A stretch of DNA of 35,514 nucleotides from Craspedostauros australis (taxonomy: Eukaryota). Within the stretch, counting starts at the first letter, position 1, and each line of letters begins with the position of its first letter. Below, piece after piece: positions 9,100-21,100 of the stretch. Location: NCBI GenBank assembly GCA_030167865.1, contig JALAGF010002830.1, positions 1-35,514 of the forward strand. The letters are read 5' to 3'. A program made the translations under genes and the position numbers. The notes below the pieces were generated by a model that saw only the letters and a program-made list of their open reading frames with translations, had not been told where the DNA came from and searched no databases.

Positions 9100-10890
9100 A
9101 TGGCATCGACCTTGCGACAAAGACGCAACGCCAACGGGGCTGCAGATGATGGCACGAAGGGCGGAACTGCGTTCGCAGCATCCATCTCTCAACCATCTCA
9201 GGAGCACACCTCCGAGAGAGCCTCGGGACTTCGGAAGAGCGAGACGCTGGTCCCGATGGACGGTGGATCGGCCGCAGTGGACGAGACGGCCATCCCCACG
9301 GCTGACGAGCCGACGGAGGCACCGAAGCATGTCTCCGCCATTCAGGATGCCAACCATCCGACTGCGCGACCCCAGGCTTTCCCGCATTCCTCATCATCTG
9401 TCGACACGGAGCAGCTCCGCGATGGTGGATCCAAACAGGGTGCAGCACGGGGAGAAGCACAGCTGCAAGCGGAGGCGGAGGCAGAGGCGAGTGCGGGGGA
9501 AACAACTCGGGGACCGATGACTGGGAAGCAGGTCGCCAAGGATGAAGCCAGGATCAAGAAGGTCATCACGCGCTGGGTCAGCGGCCTCGTCATGATCAGC
9601 TGCTTCATCGGCTGTCTCGCCATGGGGCACGTCTACGTCGGTCTCATGGTGGTGCTGGCGCAGGTCGCCCTGTTCCGAGAGCTGGTCAAGGTGCGCTACC
9701 ATGCGCACTACGCCACTATCTCGGGCGGGACGATTCCGCTGTTCCGCACGTTGCAATGGATGTGGTTCTGCGTCGCCATCGCCTACACGTACGGCGACTT
9801 TGTTGCCGAGATCATCCAGCACAATCCGCAGCTGCACGGATACCTCAACATGGCGCACTACGCAACCATCCTGTCCTTCGCCCTGTACTCAGGAACGTTC
9901 GTGCTGACCATCGCCACCATGCAGGTGGGGCACATCAAGTTTCAGCTCAATCAGCTGTGCTGGACGATCGTCGTGCTGTGCCTGACGGTGGGTCAGCTCA
10001 AGTACATCATGCACAACATCTTCAACGGCCTCTACTGGTTCGCATTGCCCATCATGCTGGTGGTTACGAACGACTGCATGGCGTACATCTGCGGTCGCAC
10101 GTGCGGTCGCAAGTTCATCCACCGCCCCTTCATCGCCTTCTCCCCCAACAAGACGTGGGAGGGCTTCATCGGCAGCGGGATCTTCACCATCATGTTCTCG
10201 TGGTACCTGAGCCGCCACCTCGCGCAGTACAAGCTGATGACCTGCCCCTGCAACGAATTCAGGCTGATTCCGCGTCCCATGGAATGCGAGCCGCATCACG
10301 TGTTCCAACCAAGCCAGTCCATCCTGCCGCAGCAAATCTTCGAGGTCTTCCCACCATCGTTGGTGAAGCTGATCCCGGGCATCGTCGAATTCTGCAGCGT
10401 CAAGGCCGGCCAATCCCAGTTCCCGCTCGGCAGCAAGCTGGAACTCGAGATCACGCGCTGCATCTCGGGCGAAGAATCGCACTCATTCCACCACTTCGAG
10501 CTGGTGCTGAAGAATGTGTACCCCGTCCAGATCCACGCTCTGTGGCTGGCCCTGTTCGCCTCGCTCGTGGCGCCCTTCGGCGGATTCCTCGCCAGCGCCA
10601 TCAAGCGCGCCTACGGCATCAAGGACTTCGACTCCATCATCCCGGGTCACGGCGGTCTCATGGATCGCGTCGACTGCCAATTCCTCATGGCCCTCTGCAC
10701 GTGGGTGCATTACAACACCTTCGTCAAGCTGGCCACCGTCAGCGTCCCCAAGCTCATCTACATGTACTCGCTGCTGTCGCAGCCTGAGCAATCGCAATTC
10801 CTCGTGGATCTCGTGAAGGCGGAAGGCGACGTGCTCAACGCGACGCAGATCCAGCAGTTGCTGAACGTATTGAAGAAGCAGCTGCATTAG
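9100..10890 (+). CDS. CDS1: Phosphatidate cytidylyltransferase (CDP-diacylglycerol synthase), eukaryotic CDS1/2 type, 596 aa
   Basis: Signature motifs SPNKTWEGFIG and APFGGFLASAIKRAYGIKDFDSIIPGHGGLMDRVDCQ; multiple transmembrane segments; uninterrupted ORF. Confidence 0.95.
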   Translation: MASTLRQRRNANGAADDGTKGGTAFAASISQPSQEHTSERASGLRKSETLVPMDGGSAAVDETAIPTADEPTEAPKHVSAIQDANHPTARPQAFPHSSSSVDTEQLRDGGSKQGAARGEAQLQAEAEAEASAGETTRGPMTGKQVAKDEARIKKVITRWVSGLVMISCFIGCLAMGHVYVGLMVVLAQVALFRELVKVRYHAHYATISGGTIPLFRTLQWMWFCVAIAYTYGDFVAEIIQHNPQLHGYLNMAHYATILSFALYSGTFVLTIATMQVGHIKFQLNQLCWTIVVLCLTVGQLKYIMHNIFNGLYWFALPIMLVVTNDCMAYICGRTCGRKFIHRPFIAFSPNKTWEGFIGSGIFTIMFSWYLSRHLAQYKLMTCPCNEFRLIPRPMECEPHHVFQPSQSILPQQIFEVFPPSLVKLIPGIVEFCSVKAGQSQFPLGSKLELEITRCISGEESHSFHHFELVLKNVYPVQIHALWLALFASLVAPFGGFLASAIKRAYGIKDFDSIIPGHGGLMDRVDCQFLMALCTWVHYNTFVKLATVSVPKLIYMYSLLSQPEQSQFLVDLVKAEGDVLNATQIQQLLNVLKKQLH

Positions 10891-11965
10891 AGAAGTAGCG
10901 TGTGGTGCGAGTTCTTGTGTAATTGATTCGTAGCATTATAGTAGGATGGGTTATGGCATAATATAGTAGTACGGTATGGTATGGCATTGCACGCAGTATG
11001 GCAACGCGTTAGCAGGCGCAGATCGGAATGGGGCGCAATGCCTGGTCTGCCAGGAGAGTTGCGGAATGTTCTGTGGATGTGGGGATCCCCATGGATCGTG
11101 GCGGAGTGGAGCTGGGTTGGGTTGGGTTGGAGGGAGGGAGGAAGGAAGATGAAGTGAGAGAACGTGTGGAATGTGAGAGATGGGATTGGAAGCATTGTAC
11201 GCATGGTCTAATAGATCGTAGGTATGATACGGGCTACTCTACTCTGCCGTTAGGTGCAGCGGCACCGATGAACTTCATGTTGTTGGTGGCGGAACATTGG
11301 GCCGTTCGCTGTGACTGTGGAAGTACTCTGCTCTTGTCATGATAGCGGCTGCAGAAGCCGTTTCCACCAAGTCCCGTCTCCGTTTTCTGTCGTTTTCTAC
11401 TTGCAGTGCACCACCATGCAAATGACCCGAATTCATTCGCCCCCTTTCTCAGGGAACACAAGCTCTGGGGGTAGCGAACGAAGATGCGAGCTATTTCGTC
11501 ATTTCTCTGATTGTGAAGCAATGACTTTCTGGCCCCCTTGACAGCTCCTTCTGCCATCAGTGCTGTCTCGTTGGGAGTGATTCATCCCGGCCGGTCTCCG
11601 TTCTTCGTCGACCAATCCTCCCACGAAGCTGTGCACAAGAGTGAGAGAGTCATCCAAACGCGAAGCAAGAAAAGCAACAACGACACAATAGACCCAAGAC
11701 GGACATCTGCCCAAAGCACGAGAGGAAGTGACCTCACCACCCCATCAGGACGGACACATCCGCGCGCGAGTGTTCCCACAGCGACAGCTGCGCTCGCAAT
11801 CAGATTCGCAATCAGATTCACATTCAGATTCATATTCACACAGAGAGGGCTCACACTCACATTCACCTTCACATTCACACAAACAAGTGCAGAACGAAAG
11901 CAAACGCAAGAGCAAGAGCAACAAGAGCACCACCACCACCACCAACAACAACAGCAACAGCCACA

Positions 11966-13111
11966 ATGTCACTCGCACCTCTATCACCCGTGCAACAGAA
12001 GCTCGTGAAATCCAAGACCATGGATCAGTATCTGGATCCCGACGCCGCCGCCAGCCACCCCTTCAAGTCCACGAAGATCAAGCTGGCCTGGCCGCACGTT
12101 TCCGATGGAAACGACGCGTCCACCGGCAGCAACGACGACGAGGCGCCCAATGATCAAAGGCGTCAGACGTCTCATGGACCGACGGAGGATGAGATGGAAG
12201 CGGCCGCCTTGTTCGGTTACGAAGATGCCGCGCCCTCCGTCGCCGTCTCGCACAATCGTTCGGCGCAGCCACGACGGTCTTCCTTGAGCAATGGTCGCAA
12301 TCGTCGGGCGTCCATTGGTTGTAAGTGCATTTACTATTGCGTATCTGCGTTGCAATCGGTATTCCATAGAATCATATGGCGTGGAATGGCGTGGTCCGCA
12401 AGTGTTGTACTGATGAATTGAACGAATTAGGGATGAATAGTTGGCCACCTTGCAAGTTACGCATTGTTTCGATGTTCTGCTGTGCCATCATCGCTTGATG
12501 TTCTCATTGCCAGCTCTCACATAATGCCTGTCTCTCACTTTCTCTCACCTTCTCTCAATCCTCCACGAATGTTCAACCGCACATTCACAAACTCTCAATG
12601 CTGATACACCATCCGAACAGATTCCGGCGAGGTGACCTTGCGACTGCCATCCAAGGAGACAGTCAAGAGGCGTACTTCTATCACCTTCGATGACACCAAG
12701 AACGAAATTCACGAAGTCGAGGGCATGTCGTCGCTCACCGACCATCCCGAGCGGCTCTGGTTCCAGGACAACGAATACGCCCACATCCAGGACAAGATCT
12801 ACGCAATCATCAACAAGCTCGAAAAGGACAAGGACAATGCCCAAGCCAGGCCCATGTTCTGCACCCGAGGCCTCGAACCCCTCATGCGCGATCACAGACT
12901 GGAACGCAGGGATGCCTACGATTCCGTCTTTGATGAGCAGGCCAGCCAGCGCAAGCAGGGCCGCTTCGATGATACTTCCTTGTCGCAGATGTACGTCTTC
13001 CACACCATCGACAGCAAGGTATCGGCTGCCCAACGCGGAGAGGAAGATGAGGCCGCGATTGCCAATTACACGAAATCGACACGCCGCATGATGCGCCGGT
13101 TGAGTTGTTAG
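11966..13111 (+). CDS. Uncharacterised protein with RGLE motif (diatom-type expanded family); exons 11966..12320 and 12621..13111, 281 aa
   Basis: Donor T|GTAAGT at 12321 and acceptor AACAG| at 12620 join as RRASIG-Y-SGEVTLRLP in frame. The pattern ITF..V..LWF..EY..CTRGLE..V.DEQ..QR..Y..A..RG..D resembles a family I recall from diatom proteomes (not searched). Confidence 0.8.
12321..12620 (+). other. Spliceosomal intron (300 nt, phase 1)
   Basis: GTAAGT...pyrimidine-rich tract...CAG; removal restores the reading frame. Confidence 0.85.
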
Positions 13112-15730
13112 GCGAGCATGTGTACGTGCGTAAAGGCCAATATTCAAGATTGCGGGATCCGAATGGGATTGGGAGGTTGTGTCATCCTGGCATCGGACAG
13201 GATCGTCGAACAGCCTTGGCTAAGGGGCGGTGCACAACGCGGAACAGAATGGCGCCATGCAATGATGCTATGCGGTTATTGGTGGCAGTCCAGCTGACAG
13301 TCCAGTTGACTTGGCAGAACGGCGACAGTCAGAATGCAATCATCACATCACGGCGCAGCACAACCCAATTCAACACATCAACACGGACAAGCAATTCAAC
13401 GGGAGGGGATGGCGGGGTCCGAACACAACAGCAAAAGTTGCAAGAGAGATACAACCACGAGGCTTCGATTCATGACCAGTAGAGGACCGTCGCCACGGAC
13501 GAATATTTACAATGCAAGGCAATGCAGTACATACTTACAAGCATACGTACATACTCTACCATACAAGTCGATGCACGGCTTGTGTCATCAATCGTGCTCG
13601 AACTACTCTCGTGCGCATGTGCAATCCAAAATTGAACCGCATATGCATTTTCTCACGATGGCGCCTCTTTCGTGGGCATCCGTTGTTGTTATGGAACCTG
13701 TGCTGCTACATGTATTGTACGCCGGAGTCGATGCATTTTATATCTGCACGTTCGTAGGCTGAAAGAGCTGTGGCTTGCAACTCTTCACACCTCATCAGTT
13801 GCGGCTCCGCTGTCGCACGTTGTGATTTGGTTTGATTATGCCCAGGGCCACAATCGGACGGGAAGGAACGGACCCGAAGTGGTGAAAGGGAGAAAGATGG
13901 TGGCGTGAATCTTGACCTTTGGGAGCTAATCGAGTAGATGCAGTCCATCCCAGTAGCAACTTAAAGTAGAGTAGGTCGTACTCCACTCCGGCATGATCGT
14001 GTATGCGGATGGCTACGGGCTACAGCGACAAGAATTCATAGACTAGAACGTACGACATGCACACCAAATATAGTTCAAATAGTTCTTCGTGGATGAACGT
14101 GATACACATTATAATTACCGCACCTCACATAAACGAGTCGAACACACGACAACATAATCGGACACTTATTTACGTTAGCGAACAGTATCATTCACATAAT
14201 TCCTTATACTTTGGTAAATGCACTATTTCACTTAGATCCAACTAGAATATCGTGCCAAAGATAGAAGAGCTCCAGTGCTGGAAGCATCACGCCTGGAATG
14301 ACCTCGGCCGTTGCAGTGAATCCCAACAGATTTTCAACGATTGGTGGGGGAAGGCAAAACTTCGCATCCCATTCCTCAGTACCCAAACGGAGCGAAAAAA
14401 GAACAAGCAGACAAAACAAGAAGGTCATCGCGACCGGCAGCTTTGTGAAGGCTTTGTGTTTGATTACGTCGGATTGCAACGAAGTGTGTTGACGTTTGTG
14501 GGCGGTACCGTTCACACAGCAACGGCAACGGAACTTCTGGTCGAACGGCGTCATCGTCCATCACGTTCACGTTCACGTTCGTGTGGTCCGCGGCGATGTC
14601 CCATGTGGATGTCCACACACGCTGATGACTCGCTCTCGTCCTCTTTGTTCCATTTCTCGATGGGGAGTCTATGCCTGCTTGATTCGCATTTGGAACTTCT
14701 CTGTTCGTCTAAGGAACTTTGCTTCTTCATTTTGTCAACGTTATGTGTCCAACAGTGACGTGTCCGACATCATCGATTCACGGATGCGGATTCTCGGTAC
14801 TGGTCACATTCTAGCGTTCGTACAATTCTGCTACTACATAGCCATTTGTTTTCTCATGCAGAACTTGAATGCCGTATTATTCTGTAACAATTAGCCTCTT
14901 CATGTGATTTGCTATCACGAATATGGCATTGGTCACCAGTGAGACACAAGTGACTTTTCCCAATTCACTCGCAACTTCCACAAATAGCCGTAACAGAAAT
15001 GATACGTGTGGAATCACATGCAACATGGAAATAGACCTCCACTCGCCAAGGTACAACCTGCATCAGACATTCAGCAATGGGCCCTTTAAATGTCAGACAT
15101 TGGATTTTCTTTGTACGCACACGCTCATGGCTTTTTGCGCGCGCGACCGTTCTTCGTTATCCTTTGATGTAACCTTGCACCTCGCACTCGTTCTCAAGAC
15201 GAACCTGTCTCCTCTGTTACACGAGTACCTTCAACAAGTGTCTGGACGTTTCGCAGCACCACCACTCGCTGGCTATCTTCCTTGCGCGTTGGCTGAGCGG
15301 AGGTACTCGTGAGGAATGTAGTTTACATGGGACAACGCACATCACATTTCTGTCTCTGTCACCTCATTGGTTGTGGTAGTTTGTGGGGAGGGCTCATCTT
15401 TGTTTTGGCAGCCATCAGACAACGAACCGGACATCAGCGCCTTGGATCATCAAACAGAAAGAGACAGAGAGAAAGATGGTATGTGAGGCTTATCCAGAAC
15501 TAAGGAGTTGTCCTTGGCATCACAACTTTCATCATCCCCCGCGAATCGCAGTTCGAGTGAGGAGTCGACGCTGTACCATACTGTACACTTGTCCGACCTG
15601 ATCTTGACCCCATTGGTGCGACAGCCATCGACAGCGTCATCACAAAGTTGGCAGAACCTATCCAGTCGGCCACACCACACCACACCACACTCGCCCATAC
15701 TTACTAATCCCCATACTCACGGTTTGCCCC

Positions 15731-17590
15731 ATGGCATCGAAACGTTCTCTCTCAACGACCCGCCACGCCAAGATCCAGAATACTGGAGGCAGAGCATCAG
15801 CGGAAGGAGCACGAAGAAAGATGAGACTGGCCAATTCTGGTTCGAAGGTGGACAACGCGGTTGCCCATGGCCGTACCACATCCAATGGCGGCCAGTCCAT
15901 CTGTGCGGCTGATCTCGAAAGCAGCAAGCCGTCTCCCAATCGTGCCAGTGCCCGCGGACAGCCAGGATCGGCAAAGCCAAAGCGGCCAACCCAGCTCAAG
16001 AACAAAAACGACAACGACCCGACGACGCTGTTCCCATACGTGCTGCATCAGCTCCTTGACGATGTCGCGAAAAGCGGCAAGGACAGCATCGTATCATGGA
16101 ACGGCATGGACACTTTCCGAGTGCACGATCGTGAAAGGTTCATGATCGAGATCCTGCCCAAGTACTACCGGCAGACCAAATACAAATCCTTCCTGCGGCA
16201 GCTGAATCTCTGGGGCTTTCGTTGCATAGATTCCGGCCCCAAGCGTGGTTCCTGTAAGTATCTGCGCTTGCATATGACACTCTCTTGTGCCATGTATGCA
16301 CATGGTACTCGGTTCAGAATGCGGCACATACTCTAGCCAACAGTGCCTGCTCATCAGTTTGGCCATGTCCCCATCAATTCACTGCATGAAGTGACCTTCA
16401 TGGAACGGGCAACACTTGTGGGCAACACTTGTGGGCAGCACTTGTGGGCAGCACTTGTGGGCAACATGTCTGAGTGTACCTTACTCGTATTAGTATGCAC
16501 GACACTACCCGACGATGGCGCCATACTCACATCCTGTCCTTCCTCTGAACTCGATCATGCCAATACTCATATACCGCCAGATCAACATGCTTGCTTTGTT
16601 CGCGGCAATGAGGATTTGTGCGCCAACATGAAGAGAGTCAAGATCAAGGGAGCCAAGAGTCGAAAGCTGCTGCAGAAGAAGAAGAAGCAAAGTTCCAGCG
16701 TTCCAAACCAAGGCCGTTCACTCAAGAAGAATGGAAGCAAGCTGGCTGCATCGAAACAGAGCAAGCGTACCAGTCCTCCTACCGAGGGGATCGCTTCTCA
16801 GCTCGACACCAGCGACGATGCTGATTCTCAATCGAATGATCCAGGTAGCGACCCGACAGCTCCGACAGACTTTGATTGTCTCCCAATCGTATCGCCGACC
16901 GATCCTCAAGAAATATCTCCGTTGGTGGCGGCATCCTTGTCAACCAACACGGCAGCATCACCAACAACACCAAACAGACCACGCCCAACAGAAACGATGG
17001 TCTCACCATCCGGGCTGAGTCCTCAGAAGACGGCTGATGGATCGATCCATGCTGGACCAGTTCCTCCCACCGACGATCCGATGACACCGTGCTCTATCGG
17101 TACACCACATGGCGAAAAGTGCGACCGTCTAGACTTCTTCCGGCGTGATTTTTCTCCATACAATCTCCCAAGGCTGCATTTGCAACAACTGGAACAACAG
17201 CAGTTGCAGCAGAAGTTGCAGGAGCAAGCTCGCGCCAATGCGATCGCGCGAGTCCAAGTCCAAGTCCAAGCATCACAACTGCAGCAGCAGCAGTTACAGC
17301 TGCGACAGGGATTTGGATTGGCGCAACAGCAGCAGCAACGGAGAGAGGAGCAACGAGATTGGCTCCAGAGCATCGAGGAAGCCTTCACGTGCCAGGATGC
17401 TGTGAGCGCAAACAATTCATTGCAATTTTCTACCACACCAAGGATGATTTCCTCACCATTCTCCATGAATCATTCTAATTGCTCTCAACGATGGTCGAAT
17501 GGAACGATCAGCGATTTTGGATCATCACAAATCATGGATTCTTCTACCATGCTCATGAAGTGCCTCGAACCAAGGCCCTTCCGCGCATGA
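15731..17590 (+). CDS. Heat shock transcription factor (HSF-type DNA-binding domain); exons 15731..16253 and 16581..17590, 510 aa
   Basis: HSF DBD: FPYVLHQLL..IVSW..FRVHD..F..EILPKYYRQTKYKSFLRQLNLWGF, completed after splicing by Y-QHACFVRG..LCANMKR. It is followed by a basic NLS-like KKKK, a S/P/T-rich region and a Q-rich segment. Confidence 0.9.
16254..16580 (+). other. Spliceosomal intron (327 nt, phase 1) inside the HSF DNA-binding domain
   Basis: T|GTAAGT donor at 16254 and CCGCCAG| acceptor at 16580; the join yields the conserved Y-x-H-x-x-F-x-R-G. Confidence 0.88.
16407..16466. repeat. 13-bp minisatellite GGGCA(A/G)CACTTGT, about 4.6 copies, intronic
   Basis: Read directly: two copies with A, two with G, then a partial copy. 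Confidence 0.9.
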
Positions 17591-18168
17591 TGCATCGCCT
17601 ACAAAGCACCGTCGGCCCAGGGTGAGGCAAATCAGAAGTATTCTGAAAGGAGATGAGTCTGCTGCGCATCGATGCTTTGATACTCTCCGAGCCACCATAC
17701 CAGGCCACCAGACTCAAGTTTTTACCGCTCTACCCAAACAGTTTTCTTCTCATTTTGGGATAGCCCTGGCGAAGTACAATAGGACAGCATTGCGTCGCAA
17801 CACACTTCTGGACGCCACCGCAGATCCAGAGAGAGACAGAGACTTTCTTACCCCACCACATGGGAAAACAAGTTAAGATCACCGTCACCACGCATTCAAT
17901 TTTTAAATTAGCATTCAGACACCACCTTACGTCTTATGACTCGTAAACCCCAACAAGTGTCGTCTCTTGGCACTTCCATCATGATGCCGAACCCAAAGAG
18001 TTTCCACGAGCCATGATCTCGCATTTTGTGCTGATCTCCTGGCAGTTTCGCATCCGCATGCCCAGCAATGTAGCATTTTGGATTCCCGTTACCGCATCCC
18101 CCGTTTGCTTGCGCAAGTCGGTTGTGCACCAGAGTACGAGTATGGTAGTGTCTGATCCACTCCGCGCG

Positions 18169-21100
18169 TTATCTCCATGGCCGCCGAGGTGTTCGTGCAG
18201 CGGTCACTCCTCCTGGCGTCGTCATCGTGATCGCCATCGTTGGTGTCGGCGTTGATGTTGCCGCTTCTGCTCCTGCATGCGGACCTCCTGGTCGCCCTGT
18301 TGATGGCGCCATTGGCCGTGTCTGATGGTGGCGGGGGCTGGTCAGCTCAGTTTCCAGGGAACGGATTCGAGCCTTCAATGATGCCACTTCGATCTCCTTT
18401 TCCTCCTCTAGCTGATAGACGTGAGATCTGAGCTGCGAGGCCTCGTCCTGGCTCTCCTGCAACGAATTTTTCGCTGACATCGCCAAGCAGGCAGCGATCT
18501 CCTCGGCACGGATCTTCATGGCACTAGTGTGCAAATCATCCGTGATTCTGGTGACATATAGTTCCGGCGCCGCAAACTTCACTTGGCTGTTTTGAACAGG
18601 GATGGTTTGGTGGACACCAGAGCTGCGGCTGCCGATATTGACGTTGGTGGGATGGTTGTTCATCGCGTAATCCTCCTCCTCTATCCACGCAGAAGCGGAA
18701 GACTGCGTGCCAGGCGAAACCACGTCGGGGATCTGTCTAAAGATGTCCTCGAAACCACGAAAGTCGTTGCTCTTCGATGCAAGCCGCGACAATCGCTCCC
18801 TGCCTATATGCAAACTCTCAAGGCAAAGGTCACGCTCTCGTCGGACACGGTCGTTCGAAGATTCCAAGAGTGCCACCCGCTCCAACAAGTCGCGGCGTTC
18901 TCGCGAGAAACGCTGCGTGTCATCAGACGAGGAACGTTCGCGTTCCAATATACGGCGTTTCGTCTCGGTCTGGAAGCTTTCCAATGCGATCTTCATGTCT
19001 GTAATGCGATCTTCCGAGCGTCTGTAATCATCCCTGACTGCCAACAGCTCGTGTTCCAAGCGCTCGATGGTCGTAGACTTGATGCGAAGCTCCGACTTGA
19101 GTTGGTCTTGGTCCAGCGAGTTGGAGGTGAACAGCCGATTTTGCGAATCGAATTGTTCTTGCAGCTGCAGATTCTTGCGTTGCGACTCCTTGAGCTCCAG
19201 CTGGAGGGATGAGAGAGTCGTTTCCATCGACACGATCTTGGACTCGTAAATTCGTTTCTGCGAGATGATTTCTTCATGAAACTGCTGCACTTCGATGGTC
19301 AAACGCCTGTTCTCGGTTCGGAGATGATTCGCATCTTCCCCGGCCCGCGACATGCCTGCCTCCGACTGCTGCAACCGATGCAATGCGCTGTCGAGATCCA
19401 TTTGCAGGCTGCTGTTCTCCTTCCGGAGTTCTGACAGCTGCCTCTCCAGGTCCTCGATACGAGCTTGCAGCTCCAGGATCGTGCGATCGGACAGCTCCGC
19501 GCTCTTTCGTTCACTCTCGCGCAGAGCCGCCAGTTCGGCCGACGACCTCTCCAACTGCATGCGCAGCTTGCCTGCCTCTTCCTCCTTCGCGCTGACGTCG
19601 TGGAAGTACTCAGATTTGCGCGTAGTCAACGCAGATTCCAATCCAACATTCTCCTGTCGCAGCTGTGCCAGCTCGGCGTGGAGACGATCGATATCACTAT
19701 CCTTCCCAAGACCCTTGCGGATATCCTCCTGCAACCGCTCGATCATCGCCATGTCCTTGAGGCGGCTTGCTGTCAGCTCGTCATGCTCCATCCTCAATTT
19801 ATTGCCCTTCTTCAATTCCTCCCGAAGCTGCTCCTGCAGCTGCTCGGCGAGGTCCGACTTCGTCTTTAGCTTCCGCTCGAGGTGCATCTTGTCCTGCTCC
19901 GTATTGTCGGCCGTGACCTTGAGTCGGTACAATTCAGCGTTGAGCTTGTCGCTCTCGCTCAGCCTTGTTTGGTACGATGATGCTTGCTGTTTCTCCAGCG
20001 AACCAATCGTGGCCTTCAGCGTCTCGACTTCGTGATCCAGCTTGTGAATCGTGATCTGCGCTTCCTTCTCTGCGGCCTGTAGGTCGATATTGTGCTTCAG
20101 CAACGTCTCCTTCCCACCCTCTAGTTCGGCCACCTCGCGGTTCTTGTCGTCAATAGCATGCGAGCTCGCGTCGAGGCGGACGGCGAGATCCTGCTTCTCA
20201 ATTTCTACGGCATTCTTCATGCGCTGCAGCTCTAAGATCTGCCGTTGCATCTTATCCTTCTCGCTTTCCGTCGCGCTTTTGGCCTGCCGCAGCTCGTTCA
20301 TTTGCAGACCGAGGCTGCGATTCTGTCCTTCCAATTCGGCTTTGGTCTTTTGGAGATCCCCGATGCGCTTGGTCAATTCTTGATTACCACCCTTCATCTG
20401 TTGCTGATGTTGCGTCGCCTCGTCAAGCTGGGATTTCAAGGTCTCGTTCTCGGCCTGCATCGAAGCATTCGCCTGTTGCAGCTCTGTTCCATTCTGGAAC
20501 AACCGGCTGATCTCGCCATCCTTCGCCTTGCCTTCCTCCTCCAGAACAATCTTCTCTCGGGTCAGCACATCCTGCTCGCCTTCAAGCTTAAGGATCTGCG
20601 AGTGCAGCTGCTGCACGGCCTCCGACTTTTCGTTGCTGCTTTGCATGAACTGCTCGGCCGTGCTCTCCAGCTTCTTGGCCTTGCTTTGGCTCACGCGGAC
20701 CTCGATGTTGAGCTCCTGGATCGTTTGTCGGAGGGATTCGATTTCCTTCTGCTGCGTTGCTTTCGTCTCTTCTGCTTCCTGCCGCATCTTCTGATGGTCT
20801 GCGCTCGTTTGTTGTTGGTTCTTGAAGTCCTTGGAGATGGCCTGCAGCTTGTTGCCGAGCTCGTTCAGCTGATCCTTCATCCCTGCCTTCTCCTGCTGCA
20901 TTTCCTGCGCTTGGATATCTTTCATTTCCATTGATTTTTGAGCATCGGCGAAGCTCTTCTGGATCACACTCATCTGCTGTTCCAGGTCGCTTTGAGCTGC
21001 GGTCACCTCCTCGGCGACCTTCTCCACCTCCCTGCGTTCGTGGATGGACGTTTCCAGCCGTTCCCTCAGGCTGGCAATCTCATCGTCGCGCCTTTGCATC

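Noticed and set aside
11794-11880. Degenerate 6-bp periodic tract (TCAGAT/TCACAT) before the RGLE gene
   Set aside because: Ordinary CA-rich leader microsatellite, similar to those upstream of other genes here.
13900-15500. Several 60-170 aa ORFs in a lower-GC interval; possible decayed element
   Set aside because: No transposase or other motif, and no terminal repeats identified.
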